A stretch of DNA of 64,000 bases from an uncultured Methanosarcinaceae archaeon. GTDB taxonomy: Archaea > Halobacteriota > Methanosarcinia > Methanosarcinales > Methanosarcinaceae. Positions 33,979 through 46,236 of the stretch are shown in pieces. The position numbers were made by a program, and so were the translations under genes. Below the pieces are notes generated by a model. That model saw only the letters and a program-made list of their open reading frames with translations. It was not told where the DNA came from and ran no database searches. The stretch lies in assembly GCA_963733675.1 (NCBI GenBank), contig CAVTET010000006.1, forward strand, positions 32,001 through 96,000. The letters run 5' to 3'. Position 1 is the stretch's first letter, and the number at the start of each line of letters is the position of its first letter.

Positions 33979-34182
33979 GAGGAAGATAATATGATATCCG
34001 AAGGTCACGGAGAACTATTCCAAAGATATGAGACCAATCCTACACTTACCTTTGAAGATAGGCCATACCAGGTCCACTCAGAGGAAGGTAACAGTATATT
34101 GAAAGGCCACAGAGAGCTGTTTCAAAGGTATAAGAAAAATCCTATACTTACCGCTGAAGATTGGCCATATCAGGCCCACTCA
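33979..34182 (+). repeat. Diverged 102-bp tandem duplication covering the RBS and first 30 codons of the GH130 gene
   Basis: 33979-34080 and 34081-34182 both begin GAGGAAG and end CCACTCA. Confidence 0.9.
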
Positions 34183-35067
34183 GTCTTCAACCCTGCAGCA
34201 GCTATAGTTAATGGTATAACTCTATTACTGGTACGTGTCGAAGATCACAGGGGCTTTTCTCATTTTACGGTAGCCAGGAGTAAGAATGGAATTGACGGCT
34301 GGGAGATTGACAGCAAACCAACCTTTGCTCCAGATCCTATAAACTACCCTGAAGAGATATATGGAATTGAAGATGCGCGTATAACTTACATTGATGAGAT
34401 GGAAAAATGGGCCGTAGCATATACGGCGTATTCGGATTCGGGGCCCCTACCAGCTCTTGCCTTTACAGAAGACTTCTGTAATTTTGATCGGGTAGGAGCT
34501 ACCATGCCTCCTGAAAATAAAGATGCTGCTGTTTTTCCTATAAGATTTGATGGCATGTGGGCAATGTTACATCGGCCTGTATCTCGCATGACTGGTTCGA
34601 AGGCAAATATCTGGATATCCTTTTCTCCAGATATGAAGTACTGGGGAGAACACGAGGTTCTTCTGTATGCTCGGGAAGGCGGATGGTGGGATGCCAACAA
34701 GATAGGTCTGTCTCCGCAGCCAATACGCACATCTGATGGATGGTTAATTATGTATCACGGGGTCCGCCAGACGACATCTAAGGCAAGTTATCGACTTGGG
34801 TTAGCTCTTCTTGATCTTGAAAATCCTAGGAAAGTGCTCCACAGATCTGAAGGATGGGTTTTCGGGCCTCGTGAAATGTATGAACGTAGTGGAGACGTTA
34901 ATGATGTTGTTTTTCCTTGCGGATGGGTTTTAGTGAATGATGAAATCCGCATTTATTACGGAAGTGCGGATGTGTCAGTATCAATGGCCGGTGCAAAAAT
35001 GAGCCACATCTTGGAGTATATACATAAGTGCCCTGAGACTCAATGTCCTGAAGAATACTATAGATGA
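33991..35067 (+). CDS. GH130-family glycosidase/phosphorylase with a duplicated N-terminus
   Basis: VFNPAA, GIEDARIT, ENKDAAVFP, MLHRP, WLIMYHGV and VVFPCG motifs. Confidence 0.92.
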   Translation: MISEGHGELFQRYETNPTLTFEDRPYQVHSEEGNSILKGHRELFQRYKKNPILTAEDWPYQAHSVFNPAAAIVNGITLLLVRVEDHRGFSHFTVARSKNGIDGWEIDSKPTFAPDPINYPEEIYGIEDARITYIDEMEKWAVAYTAYSDSGPLPALAFTEDFCNFDRVGATMPPENKDAAVFPIRFDGMWAMLHRPVSRMTGSKANIWISFSPDMKYWGEHEVLLYAREGGWWDANKIGLSPQPIRTSDGWLIMYHGVRQTTSKASYRLGLALLDLENPRKVLHRSEGWVFGPREMYERSGDVNDVVFPCGWVLVNDEIRIYYGSADVSVSMAGAKMSHILEYIHKCPETQCPEEYYR

Positions 35068-35248
35068 TTTGAAGAGAACAATGATTATTCTAGATACAAA
35101 AAAAGTGATATTAAATTAAAGAGGATTTTCGATAACTTCTAATTTTCACGAGTCACCAATATACCATTCATAAACATGACGAAATTAAAAAATTTATCGA
35201 AATCCTCTATATTCCTAGTTTCTTTATAGATTGTTGTCTGCGTTAGGT

Positions 35249-35701
35249 TTATAAAAGGTTTCTCTGAGATTCTAGAAACTGCTGCTTTAGTGATTTAAAA
35301 AGGAATGGGAACTCCTCTTTAAGTTGTATGAGGAGTTCTTCATCTAATTTTACATTATAAAGCCCTCTAACTTTAGATAGCTGGTCAATTGATAAATTGA
35401 GAGCTCCTCTCAGATTAGCTCCTTCAAGATTAGTTCCTTCAAGTTTAGCCCTAAACAAGTTCGTTCCTTGAAGATTAACTTCTTTAAGGTTAGCTCCTTT
35501 AAGGTGAGATCCTACAAGATTAGCTCCATAAAAATTAGCTTTTATAAAATCAGTTTCTTTAAGGTTAGCTTCTCTTAAATTAGCTCCTTGAAGTTTAGTT
35601 TCTCTAAGATTAGCTCTCTCAAGGTTAGCCCCCTCAAGGTCAGCTCTTTTAAGGTCAGCTCCGTGAAGATCAGCTTTTATCAAAGTAGTTGCTCTAAAAT
35701 T
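35249..35701 (-). pseudogene. Pentapeptide-repeat protein, 3' part only; 5' end removed at the IS6 boundary
   Basis: A(N/D)LxG/E pentapeptide repeats continue up to the IS6 TIR at 35702. Confidence 0.85.
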
Positions 35702-36557
35702 GGTTCCGTTGCGAAAAATTCAAAAAAATATGTAAATCTATAAGTAATGAATAAAAATCAAAATATTCAAAGAAAATGCACTAACATTATAAAACCATAC
35801 CAAACAATTGATTAATGTATTTGACTTCATTACGAACCGAGTAATTGAGATTATTGACTTGTCCTTTTTTGACCATATTCATAGCTTCAATTCCTTTTAA
35901 AGTCTTATTAGCAGATTGAAAAGACTGAAATCCTAACATTGGATTAACGATTCGCTTTATAAATCTATGATCTTGTTCTATAATGTTATTCAAATACTTG
36001 ATTTGTCTAATGCCTACGTTTTTAGGTAGTATTTTATCATTTTTCAGTTTATCTATAGCAGGTGGATAAGCTGGATTCTTATCAACTGTTATTACTCTTG
36101 AAATTTGATTATGATTAGAACTCAAAGCTTTCTTAAAGAATCTATTCGCTGCTATTCTATTTCGTTTTGCACTTAACATGAAATCAATTGTATCTCCATT
36201 TGAGTCAACTGCTCGGTAAAAATATTTCCATTTACTTTTTATTTTGATATAGGTTTCATCAACTCTCTACGAATCATTTGTGGGTCTTAAATGTCTTCTT
36301 ATTCTTCGTTTCTAGTTCAGGAAAATATTGATGTACCCATCTCATTATAGTACTGGGATCAACTTGAATTCCTCTTTCTATCATCATTTCCTTTAAACTT
36401 CTATAGCTCAATGGGTATTTTAAGTACCATCTTACATTCAATAAGATAATTTCTCCTTCATAATGCTTCCATTTAAAGGAATGAGATAGCATATTACTAT
36501 CTTTGGTTTTCTTTTTATTTTATTATATCATTAGAAAAGATTTTTTGCAACGGAACC
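35702..36557 (-). mobile_element. IS6-family insertion sequence (856 bp) with a disrupted transposase (35787-36492)
   Basis: TIRs GGTTCCGTTGC(G/A)AAAA. Transposase motifs FKWKHY..VRWYLKYPLSYR, DETYIK, YRAVDS.GDTIDF, TVDKNPAY and YLNNIIEQDHR. A +1 frameshift near 36310 and a TAG in place of Trp at about 36268-36270. Confidence 0.96.
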
Positions 36558-36666
36558 GCAAATCTTCTGTTTCAACAAATACATTAATAATGAGTTATGA
36601 CTATTCACTTACGCTTCAGCTTCACTTTTACATTTCATTTAATTTGTCCTTAATCAAGGTGAATTT

Positions 36667-38001
36667 ATGTCTTTAGCAAATCTTAGAACACATTACACAG
36701 CCGATATCAGGCCTGAAAAAATAGCAGATGGCCAGAAAATCACCCTTTCAGGCTGGGTCCATGAAGTTAGAGACCTAGGTGGGATCTGTTTTATAGTTAT
36801 CAGGGACCGGGAAGGGAAGGCTCAGGTTACAATGGTAAAGAAAAAAGTTGATAAAGATTTATTTGATGCTGCAAGGAAACTTGTTCGCGAATCAGTAATA
36901 ACAGTAATTGGATCTGTCAAGTTTGAAGAAAAAGCTCCAAACGGATATGAACTGCTTCCTGATGAGATTCGTGTCCTAAGTATCGCAGGATCTCCACTAC
37001 CAATGGACACAACGGGAAAAGTTGAAGCTGAATTGGATACAAGGCTTGATTCCCGTTTTATAGATTTACGAAGAGAGGAGACTACTGCGATTTTTAAGAT
37101 AAGACACCAGGTTCTTCAATCTAGTAGGGAATACTTCATAAAACATAAATTTATCGAAACCTCAACTCCAAAGGTTGTGGCAACTGCAACAGAAGGTGGG
37201 ACTTCACTTTTTCCGATCACCTATTTTGACAGAGAAGCTTTTCTGAATCAGAGCCCTCAGCTTTTCAAGCAAATACTTATGAGTGGTGGTTTTGACAGGG
37301 TCTTTGAAATCGGCCCTATTTTCAGGGCAGAAGAACACGATACTCGCAGGCATTTGAACGAAGCCACATCTATAGACGTTGAAGTTAGCTTTGCAGATCA
37401 TTTCGATGTAATGGAAATTTTGGAAAATCTAGTGGCTTATATCTACAGCCGAGTTATCAAAAACTGTCAAAATTCTCTTGAAATCCTGGGAGTCAAACTA
37501 AAGGTTCCTAATATACCTTTCCTGAAGCTTACCTACGGTGAAGTAATAGAGATCATTAATGCCCAGTCGGAAGATAAAATGCACTGGAAAGATGATATCG
37601 GTACTCTAGGAGAACATATTGTGGGCGATCATGTCTACAAGACCACAGGAGAGTCCCATTATTTCATCATTGACTGGCCTACGGAGATTAAACCATTCTA
37701 TGCAATGCCTCATGAGGACAGGCCTGAGTTAAGTAAATCATTTGATATGATGCATCGCACAATGGAGCTTTCCTCAGGAGCTCAGCGTATTCATATTTCT
37801 GGTTTGCTTAAGAGCCGAATCGAATCCCAGGGTATGAATCCTGACAACTTTGAGTTTTACCTTAAGGCTTTCGAATATGGTATGCCTCCACATGCTGGTT
37901 GGGGTCTGGGTTGTGAACGATTTGTTATGACCATGCTTGGAACAGACAACATAAGGGATACAGTACTCTTTCCTAGAGACAGGAGAAGACTTTCTCCCTA
38001 A
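36667..38001 (+). CDS. aspS: Aspartyl-tRNA synthetase, archaeal type
   Basis: [43 protein letters not shown] and PPHAGWGLG motifs. Confidence 0.98.
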   Translation: MSLANLRTHYTADIRPEKIADGQKITLSGWVHEVRDLGGICFIVIRDREGKAQVTMVKKKVDKDLFDAARKLVRESVITVIGSVKFEEKAPNGYELLPDEIRVLSIAGSPLPMDTTGKVEAELDTRLDSRFIDLRREETTAIFKIRHQVLQSSREYFIKHKFIETSTPKVVATATEGGTSLFPITYFDREAFLNQSPQLFKQILMSGGFDRVFEIGPIFRAEEHDTRRHLNEATSIDVEVSFADHFDVMEILENLVAYIYSRVIKNCQNSLEILGVKLKVPNIPFLKLTYGEVIEIINAQSEDKMHWKDDIGTLGEHIVGDHVYKTTGESHYFIIDWPTEIKPFYAMPHEDRPELSKSFDMMHRTMELSSGAQRIHISGLLKSRIESQGMNPDNFEFYLKAFEYGMPPHAGWGLGCERFVMTMLGTDNIRDTVLFPRDRRRLSP

Positions 38002-38088
38002 GGTCCTTAATTTTGAATTTTGCACAATTTTTCAATCTTAAGAATGGTTATAATTATTTTCTTAATATTTGAACCTGAAGGGAATCAT

Positions 38089-38787
38089 ATGGCTGAAAGA
38101 AATATATCAACTGACTCCGTGGAAAAACGTGCAGCTGGCATTGCAACATCGCTAGTAGTTAAATCAGGGATGGTAGTGGGACTCGGGACAGGCTCAACAG
38201 TTGCGAATACTATAAGAGAACTCGGCAGGCGGATATGTGACGAGGAACTCGAGATCCTTGGTGTTGTTACATCTTACCAGTCCGAAATGCTTGCAATAGA
38301 AGCCGGCATTCCTTTGACTACCCTTGCCCAGCATCCGGAAGTGGATCTTGCAATTGATGGAGCTGACCAGATCGATTCAAATCTTTATGCGATCAAAGGT
38401 AAAGGAGCAGCTCATACAAGGGAAAAAATAGTCTCCCTTTCAGCAAAACGTTTTCTTGTTGTAGTTGACGAATCAAAAATGAGTTTGCATCTTGATAAGG
38501 AAGTGCCAGTCGAAGTCCTGCCCTTTGCAAAAGAACTTGTGATGAAAAATATATTTAAAATGGGGGGAAAGCCAGAGCTGAGACTTGCTCTGAGAAAAGA
38601 TGGACCAGTGATAACCGACAATGGGAACTTAGTACTCGATTCGAGATTTGGTATAATAAATGATCCTAAAAGACTTGCTCACCAACTATCTTTAATTCCT
38701 GGAGTTGTGGAGCATGGTATTTTTTCCAATGTAAATGAGCTTTATATCGGGAAAAAGGATGGATCAGTGAAAATAGTCCGGAAATAA
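38089..38787 (+). CDS. rpiA: Ribose-5-phosphate isomerase A
   Basis: GLGTGST, DGADQ, REKIV, PVEV, TDNGN and PGVVEHGIF motifs. Confidence 0.97.
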   Translation: MAERNISTDSVEKRAAGIATSLVVKSGMVVGLGTGSTVANTIRELGRRICDEELEILGVVTSYQSEMLAIEAGIPLTTLAQHPEVDLAIDGADQIDSNLYAIKGKGAAHTREKIVSLSAKRFLVVVDESKMSLHLDKEVPVEVLPFAKELVMKNIFKMGGKPELRLALRKDGPVITDNGNLVLDSRFGIINDPKRLAHQLSLIPGVVEHGIFSNVNELYIGKKDGSVKIVRK

Positions 38788-39144
38788 TGAATCCAAATCT
38801 TGGATAGTAAAGCATATTCATTGGGAGATCAATCTGTTCTATAGTTCATGAGGAGAAAAACTTATAGTAAGAATGAAATCTTCAAAGTATGGTTTTTGTT
38901 ATCTTTCAGAATACGATGAGGATACATATTTTTATACTTAATGATTAGTATTTATAATCGGTATGTTTTTATAGAAGTATTATCAGTAATTTCTGAGTAA
39001 ATACTGCTTTGTATCAGTCAATCATTAAATTACGTTTTCATGTTGATCTCCTGCTAAAATTGACTACAAGTCAGAACAACTTCAAATTAATTTCTTTAAT
39101 ATATACACTAATATATACACTATATTTTAAGGAGGTTTCTCTAG

Positions 39145-40788
39145 ATGGATAAAGGTGCCCAACCAATCATAATAATAGATCCCAAAAAAGAGCAGACTAA
39201 GGGAAGAGAAGCGCTTAATATGAATATTGCGGCTGCAAAGGCAGTGGCAAAAATAGTCAAAAGCACGCTCGGGCCGGGTGGTATGGACAAAATGCTTGTC
39301 AACCCTATTGGAGATATAACAATCACAAACGACGGTGCTACTATCTTGCATGAGATGTCCATCGAGCATCCGGCAGCCAAGATGGTAGTTGAGGTTGCTG
39401 AGTCACTTGAAAGTTCAGCAGGCGACGGAACTACAAGTGCTGTTGTATTCACAGGTTCCTTGCTGGAAAAAGCAGAAACCCTTATTGACAATGGGGTTCA
39501 CCCAACAATTGTTGTCAAAGGATACAATCTCGCAGCTGATAAGGCCATTGAGATTTTAGAGAATCTAGCGACCTCAGTTGGTGAGGGTGAAAAGGAGATT
39601 CTTGTAAAAGTTGCTAAAACCTCCATTACAGGTAAAGCTTCCGAAAAATACAATATATTGATTGCGAATCTCTGCGTAGATGCAGTTCTTGCTATACACG
39701 AGAAAGGAAAGGCTGACCTTAAACGCATTATTCTCACGAAAGATGTAGGCCACACTATTGATGAGACGGAGTTTGTGGAAGGTATTGTAATTGATAAAGT
39801 TTCCCTGGAGAAAGATTACCCTCTAAAAATTCAGAATCCAAATATTGCACTTATAGATGCCCCTATGGAGATCGGCAAAACTACAAACAAAGCAAAACTT
39901 CAGATAAATAATGCAGTGGATTTTGAGAATTTCATAATACAAGAGAATGCAGCTCTTTTAGAGATGGCAGACTATATCATTAGGGCAGGTGCAAATGCTG
40001 TTTTCTGTTCAAAAGGTATGGATGACAAAATTGCGGCTTACTTGCAAAATAGGGGAATTTATGCCACTCGTAGGGTCAAGAGTGAAGATATGCAACACCT
40101 TGCTGACGCCACAAACGGAAAACTCGTAAGAAATATCAAGGAACTTACCGAAAAAGAACTTGGGCATGCAGGAATGCTTGAACAGGATCGCGATGGAGAC
40201 CAGGGGAAAACATATTTAAGATCTTGCAAGGGTGCTAAATCCGTATCAATTGTCATCCGAGGTGAAACCGAACATGTCGTTGATAATGTGGAGCGTGCAA
40301 TTGACGATGCACTCAAAGTAGTGAAATGCGTTGTAGAAGACGGAAAAGTTGTTCCAGGTGGTGGGGCTTCGGAAATAGAAGTTGCACTTAGGCTTCGCTC
40401 TTATGCCGCTAGCATAGGTGGGCGTGAGCAGATGGCAATTTTGGCATTTGCAGATGCCCTTGAAGAAATTCCGAGAACGATTGCCAAAAATGCAGGTTTA
40501 GACGCAGTAAATTCTATCGTGAACCTCAGGGCAAAGCACGCAGAAAACGAAAGTGCAGGCTTAAGCATTCCAACAGGCATTATAGAAGATATGTTTGAAA
40601 AAGGTGTTGTTGATCCACTTAGAGTGAAGGTAGAATCCATCAAAGCCGGTTCCGAAGCTGCGGAGATGATACTCCATGTGGACGATGTTCTCAGTGCCAA
40701 GAGTTCGTCAATGCCTGATATCAACCCAGAACATATGGCAAGTACTTATGACGGCATGTCAGCTCCTCAACTTAACATGCGCAGGTAA
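39145..40788 (+). CDS. ths: Thermosome (group II chaperonin) subunit
   Basis: [27 protein letters not shown] and VPGGGASE motifs. Confidence 0.97.
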   Translation: MDKGAQPIIIIDPKKEQTKGREALNMNIAAAKAVAKIVKSTLGPGGMDKMLVNPIGDITITNDGATILHEMSIEHPAAKMVVEVAESLESSAGDGTTSAVVFTGSLLEKAETLIDNGVHPTIVVKGYNLAADKAIEILENLATSVGEGEKEILVKVAKTSITGKASEKYNILIANLCVDAVLAIHEKGKADLKRIILTKDVGHTIDETEFVEGIVIDKVSLEKDYPLKIQNPNIALIDAPMEIGKTTNKAKLQINNAVDFENFIIQENAALLEMADYIIRAGANAVFCSKGMDDKIAAYLQNRGIYATRRVKSEDMQHLADATNGKLVRNIKELTEKELGHAGMLEQDRDGDQGKTYLRSCKGAKSVSIVIRGETEHVVDNVERAIDDALKVVKCVVEDGKVVPGGGASEIEVALRLRSYAASIGGREQMAILAFADALEEIPRTIAKNAGLDAVNSIVNLRAKHAENESAGLSIPTGIIEDMFEKGVVDPLRVKVESIKAGSEAAEMILHVDDVLSAKSSSMPDINPEHMASTYDGMSAPQLNMRR

Positions 40789-42017
40789 GTCTGAGTTTCT
40801 GCATCGTTAGCGATAACAATCCTAGATACAATAAAAGAAGGGAAGATGGAGGTTTATCCTGGAGTTCCGATTTTATAATCATTTTATTATCATTTTTTTT
40901 TGATTTATATTTTTTGCAACTATTTCTCAAAGGAAGACAATATCAATAGCCATATCTATTAAGATTCACGGAGCAAATTTTCGATAAACTGATTTTATTT
41001 AACTGTAAGATCTTGATAATGATTTTTATTTTTTTCATCAATTAATCGTCAAAAGTATCTGATGGTATTGAAATAACTATTCTTAACGGATTTTTTTGAG
41101 TCCGAATAGTTGCCATCAGAAGCTAGATTATTTTTCAATCTTCTGTAAAATTAGTAAAATGGATGGCTTTCTTTAATAGATGGCTTTCTTTTATAGTACC
41201 TCTTTAGAAATTGGGTATTAATGACTTAATAAAACTTTATCAGAAAAGAAATTTAGCTGCATTGTGCATCATTTTCTGTAAAATAACGGATTCATAGATA
41301 CAATGCCATTAATATTCAAAAAGATTGGGAAATGAGTAGACACTATGCTAAAGTGTGACTTTTCAATACATAGATTTAAAGTAAAACATGTGTATAGTTA
41401 CACTGGAAATTTGATCATGAAGACATCATATATTAATGGTGGAAAACCACTGCTTTTAGTAAATAACCTATGTAAACAACATCTTGAAAAAAAGTATTTA
41501 CTTAGAACTATTTAAAATATATTTATAGTCCCGATGGGTTGATCACAGAAAAGCCTGTTATTACCCCTCAAATAAAGCAAGCTCTGAAGAAAAAACATTA
41601 CAGAGGCCAAAGACATCGGTTCATACATAAAAACTATGCAGGGGGAAATACCTTAACAGAGAATGGTTTCCATATGCCCAAACTTAACAACCAAGGGCGA
41701 TAGTCAAAATTTTGACTGCTGCTGCTTCTAATATTTCACTTCTCTGCCACATACACCTTTTTTGGTACAACCTTTTGAGTTAAGGGTTTTTTGATATTGA
41801 TTAAATGACATATTTTTGTCAGCTTTTATTCCGTATACTCCCACTTTTCCTTTAATTATGTCCCACAAACTAGTTTGTCTTTTTAATTATATTTATATAG
41901 TGTTGTTGTAAAGAAAGGTCTCCTTCTAGTACCGCTACATTTAGAATACTATTTTCCATACGGTACCAATTCTTATATCGGAACTCTGTCCGATATGGTT
42001 CCCTCAATGATGAAAAC

Positions 42018-42830
42018 TCAATTTTTAGAAACTAGAGCTTGAAACCTATCCCCATGAGCTTTAGGCAGTAAAGCTTTTTCTTCTTGTTCACACTCCATTC
42101 CATTTTCAACGGCTTCCCTTATGATATATCCGGCTTTGTGCAGGATAGTATCTCCGAGCTGAGGATCTTTGTCCATACTTCCGGTACAGGGATAGGAATG
42201 ATGTGCACTTGAAATGGTTTCTTTATAGCCTGGAATATCTGACCAACCTAGTTTTTTTGCCACAAACCATGTAGAACCGCAGGGAGCATCACTAATTACC
42301 CCTGCTCCTATGAACATCTTCCCATCATGACTCGTTTCGATCCTCAGCATAGGCTTTCCGAAGCCAAGGTCAACAAAAGAATCTATGATCGGTTTTCCAG
42401 TTTTTTCAAGTGAACAGAAAGGCTTTGGTCCTTCAAACTCGACTCCCATAGCCTCAAGCTCTTTTCTGAGTTGCTCAAGGACCCCAGCCGGGGTTTTCTT
42501 CGAGTCTTCAGCGGGTGCAATTACAGATTTTGCCTTAGTTTTCTTCACGACATCCGGAAGAGCTGCAAGAAGGTCTGGATGGATGCCAATAGCAAGTATC
42601 AGGTCACAATCCGGAAGTGTTGTTGGAATATACTGTTCTGGCTCTTCTATGAATGTGGGTAGGTCTTCAGGGAATTCATGAATTCCCACAATCATGTTTG
42701 CATATGACTTTCTAGCTTGCCTGCAGTGGTTACATAGATCTCCGCAGGACACACAGAAATTGCTCGAGTTAATAAGGTTTTGGATAACTTTTTTCCCAAG
42801 TTCACCTGTGTAGAGCACAAGAATTCGCAT
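42018..42830 (-). CDS. DUF166-family protein
   Basis: CVSCGDLCNHCR, HPDL, PKPFCSL, APCGSTWFVA and HHSYPCTGSM motifs. Confidence 0.85.
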   Translation of the reverse strand: MRILVLYTGELGKKVIQNLINSSNFCVSCGDLCNHCRQARKSYANMIVGIHEFPEDLPTFIEEPEQYIPTTLPDCDLILAIGIHPDLLAALPDVVKKTKAKSVIAPAEDSKKTPAGVLEQLRKELEAMGVEFEGPKPFCSLEKTGKPIIDSFVDLGFGKPMLRIETSHDGKMFIGAGVISDAPCGSTWFVAKKLGWSDIPGYKETISSAHHSYPCTGSMDKDPQLGDTILHKAGYIIREAVENGMECEQEEKALLPKAHGDRFQALVSKN

Positions 42831-43036
42831 AGATTTACTCCTTGTAATGGGGATTTAAAAATCATTTTGTAACTTTTCTTTCGTTGTAGAAGAAAATTTT
42901 GAATCTCTTTGCATTTCCAACAAAAACGCTCAAAGAACGGAAACTGATTTTTGCTGGACTGTTAACGAAGCTATTTACGAAACTTTTAATGCCCAGTTCT
43001 TAAGTATTCATTTTTAATGCCAATTCTTTTATCTTT

Positions 43037-43095
43037 AGGACTTACGAGGTTGAACTGAAAAACAAAACCAGTAAATGTTTAACTGTCTAAGTCTT
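43037..43095. mobile_element. Degenerate short MITE (AGGACTTAC.../...TAAGTC family)
   Basis: Imperfect IR AGGACTTACGAGGTTGAAC / GTTTAACTGTCTAAGTCTT; shares TTGAACTGAAAAAC with the element at 56580. Confidence 0.5.
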
Positions 43096-43820
43096 AATTA
43101 TTCTGGAGAGGCTGCATACCCTTGATTTTACCCCTCAACCGCATAAGTACTATTCTCCATACTATACAATTATTTATTTCAATGTATTAATAATGAGAGT
43201 TTCGAAATAGAAATTGGTATTCATAACTGAACCAACATTTTAATTTAAGATAATAAGATCTTTAAAGTCCGATCACTACCGATCTTCCAGGAAAATTACG
43301 AACATATAAACGCAACCAAAAATCGTGTTGTAGAAAATGTCTTGATAACATCAATCAGAAATTATTGGACGATCAATAGCAACAATGAAACCTAAAAGTA
43401 GGATACAAAAAGTTAAAATTCTATAGCCTTTTAGATGGGTTACATATGAGACTTGTTTATATTAATATACTTGAAAGTATGTAATCGGGTATTCATAACT
43501 CGGGTTGAAAAATCATTACATGTGATTCAAAGATGTACATAAAATTCGTTAAACGATAGCAAATAAATGTAGGGTTCTTTAATTAAAATTTACGCACTTG
43601 ATGATTAAAATCAATCACAATGAACGTTGTAATTCAAATGCCTAATTTAGACAGTTGAAGGTTTAATGCTATAAATTTTTCATTCCAACTAGGTAAGTTT
43701 TATAATGTTTAAAAATTGCACGACATAATTCCGAGTTAAACCGATAACTTTCAATCCTCTCTATTACAATCAACTTTATTTATACTTCTTTGCTTGGTTT
43801 TCTATTTGCACTCGACTCGC

Positions 43821-44177
43821 TCAGTGGTCACAATACATACAAATAGCCTTCTCACAATCTTCATTCTGGAATTTCCACTTCAGCCCCCAGAGTTTAATTG
43901 CCTGTATTATCTTCACAAAATCCACCCCACTTTCAGTTAGATAATACTCGGATTTTGGTAGATTTGTCGAGTCGTCGATCTTATTTGCAATCAAGCCTTC
44001 TTCTTCTAGTTCTCTCAGCCTTTCCGAAAGTATTTTTGGGGTTATGTACGCGAGCTTTCTTTTTAATTCGTTAAAACGTTTCTCCTTCTTTTCCCCTTTG
44101 TGCAATTCGAGAAGTATATGAATCGTCCATCGTTTACCAATTATATTCATAGTTTTATAGACTGTGCAGTCTTTCAT
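43821..44177 (-). CDS. HxlR-family winged-helix transcriptional regulator
   Basis: CTVYKTMNIIGKRW, RFNELKRKL, ITPKILSERLRELE and YYLTESG motifs. Confidence 0.93.
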   Translation of the reverse strand: MKDCTVYKTMNIIGKRWTIHILLELHKGEKKEKRFNELKRKLAYITPKILSERLRELEEEGLIANKIDDSTNLPKSEYYLTESGVDFVKIIQAIKLWGLKWKFQNEDCEKAICMYCDH

Positions 44178-44529
44178 AGTATATATGTAGAAACTGTTCA
44201 AAATATAAATATATATATCTAATATACTAATATCAAAAGCATACTTAAAAATAATTTGATTTATAAAATTCATCTAAATAAATATAGTAAAAGCTTTCTA
44301 ATGCATCTATTCTGAAGTACATCAATAAATCTGGACTTGCAAGTCTGGCCATTGATCAACTAACTTCCCGCAAAAGAGATAATTATTTTGGAATCGATGC
44401 ACTAGTATCATAGCAAAAAGATTCATAATCAGTTTACGACTGAGACATTTTGCTTTAGCTACACAAAAACTATCAAGTAGTTTCATTATACATTAAAATC
44501 CAAGATATAAATTTGGAGAAAGGATAAAT

Positions 44530-45189
44530 ATGAAAGATAATTTACCAGAAAAAGGCGCAATTGTTCAGAGAGACCGTGAAACATACGCAATCGCCCCTCA
44601 TCTCCACGGAGGAATTGTAGACCCTGCAACTCTCAGGAAAATCGCTGATGTCGCGGAAAAGTATGAGGCTGCAGCCCTCAAGCTGACTTCTGCTCAAAGA
44701 ATAGCAATCGTTGGTCTGAAAGAAGAGGATCTCGATAATGTGTGGGCAGATCTTGGTATGAATCCTGGAGCGGCGATAGGGCTTTGCGTAAGGAGTATCA
44801 AAATTTGCCCAGGGACAACTTTCTGCAAGCAGGGGAAGCAGGATGCAGTTGGCTTGGGCCTGAAACTCGATGAAAAGTATCACGGAATGCCCATGCCTTC
44901 CAAGCTAAAAATGGCTGTATGCGGCTGTCCTAATTCCTGTGCTGAACCTGCTATCAAGGACATAGGGATAATGGGCACTCCCAAGGGATATACCTTGATG
45001 GTTGGAGGCTCTGCGGCTGCAGCGCCAAGACTTGCCGAAGTTGTTGCAAAGGAATTATCTGAAGAGGAAATTCTTGAAGCGGTCGATAAAATATTTAATT
45101 TATACAAAAACTCAGGCACAAAAAAGAGACTCGGAAAGTACATTGAAGAGATCAGCCTCGATAATTTCAAAACCCAGGTTGGTCTGTAA
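44530..45189 (+). CDS. Nitrite/sulfite reductase-like protein (single siroheme-4Fe-4S module)
   Basis: LKLTSAQRI, CPGTTFCKQG, KLKMAVCGCPNSCAE and DIGIMG motifs. Confidence 0.9.
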   Translation: MKDNLPEKGAIVQRDRETYAIAPHLHGGIVDPATLRKIADVAEKYEAAALKLTSAQRIAIVGLKEEDLDNVWADLGMNPGAAIGLCVRSIKICPGTTFCKQGKQDAVGLGLKLDEKYHGMPMPSKLKMAVCGCPNSCAEPAIKDIGIMGTPKGYTLMVGGSAAAAPRLAEVVAKELSEEEILEAVDKIFNLYKNSGTKKRLGKYIEEISLDNFKTQVGL

Positions 45190-45524
45190 AATTACAGTTT
45201 TTAGATCGTTAGATCGATGATATCTGCAATTAAAAAATATTTCAGCCTGTAAACCTTTAATCCCAATAAATTTGGAGTTTAAAATTTTTAAATTCAAAAG
45301 ACTATCTATAGATCGATAGAGGTTTTTGCTGATAAGGCATAATATTGGACAGATGTCATAATGGAATTACAAAATAAAAAGAATAGGTAACTATTTAGCC
45401 TGGGTAAAACAACATCATTGGACATCTTATTTAATAATTAATGTACAAATTTATTGAATCTATTGTCGTTAATAACAGGAAATCAGCAGGGATGTGCTAA
45501 TTGAAAATCCTCTAAAGGTTCTCC

Positions 45525-45549
45525 CCGCCTCCTGAATCCTGGAGGCGGA
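45525..45549. repeat. GC-rich hairpin CCGCCTCC-N8-GGAGGCGG, probably an IS200/IS605-type end
   Basis: Perfect 8-bp GC stem in an AT-rich intergenic region. The family assignment is inference. Confidence 0.45.
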
Positions 45550-45638
45550 ATCTTCGGGGTGCTTGTTGTTAAAGTCCAAGGCGAACTGGATCCACAGCTT
45601 GTTGTAAGACTGAATTATACAAAATAGATTGTATGGTA

Positions 45639-45948
45639 ATGACAAAACAAAATCCTACAAAGATAGCTGTTGTCCGTTGTGACACGTCTCTGAAACCTGC
45701 CTTGCAATGAGCTGCTGTAAGGCTTTCAACGAGAGAAAATCGCACTTTAAGACATATTATATAAACGCGCAGATAATCGCTTTTTTTACTTGCGGGCGCT
45801 GCTCTGGGAGAAGAGCATACCGTCTGATAGATTCCCTAAAAAACATGATCTTGATGTTGTGCACCTCAGTTCCTGCATGCTTATGAAAGATACTTACCCT
45901 AAATGTCCCAATCTAGATAGCATCAAAAAAGCTACTATAAATACCTAA
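45639..45948 (+). pseudogene. CGGC-domain protein pseudogene
   Basis: KIAVVRCD / SETC..CCKAFNER..FFTCGRCSGRR / VVHLSSCM..PKCP across shifted frames, with an early stop. Confidence 0.85.
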
Positions 45949-46080
45949 ACTGTTTACAGCTATATTTTGACATCATTTGAAAATTAATTAATGTTTCTAT
46001 CGTAAAATAAGACTCTAAAATTGAGTTCCTCAAACATTTAATATTTTTTATATATAGGAGGTTTTATCAATAGTTTAGAG

Positions 46081-46229
46081 GGTACTGTTGTAAAAATAAT
46101 TTTACTGCCTTTTTAGGTTATAACTATTGCTTTTTGTATCATTATTGACCTGTTTATGGCATATAAATATCTTATTTGTGATGTTTTTTACTTGTTTTGT
46201 AAAATAGCCAGATTTTTTGCAACGGAACC
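46081..46229. mobile_element. IS6-related MITE, type B copy 1 (149 bp)
   Basis: GGTACTGTTGTAAAAATAAT ... AGCCAGATTTTTTGCAACGGAACC; an inverted near-identical copy lies at 56305. Confidence 0.92.
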
Positions 46230-46236
46230 GTTTCCT

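Noticed and set aside
36266-36272. In-frame TAG in the IS6 transposase as a possible pyrrolysine codon
   Set aside because: It replaces a conserved Trp (TGG to TAG) and lies downstream of a frameshift, so a simple nonsense mutation is more likely.
43216-43750. Repeated GGTATTCATAACT at about 43216 and 43488, with a weak inverted partner near 43731
   Set aside because: Possibly old MITE ends, but too degenerate to define boundaries.
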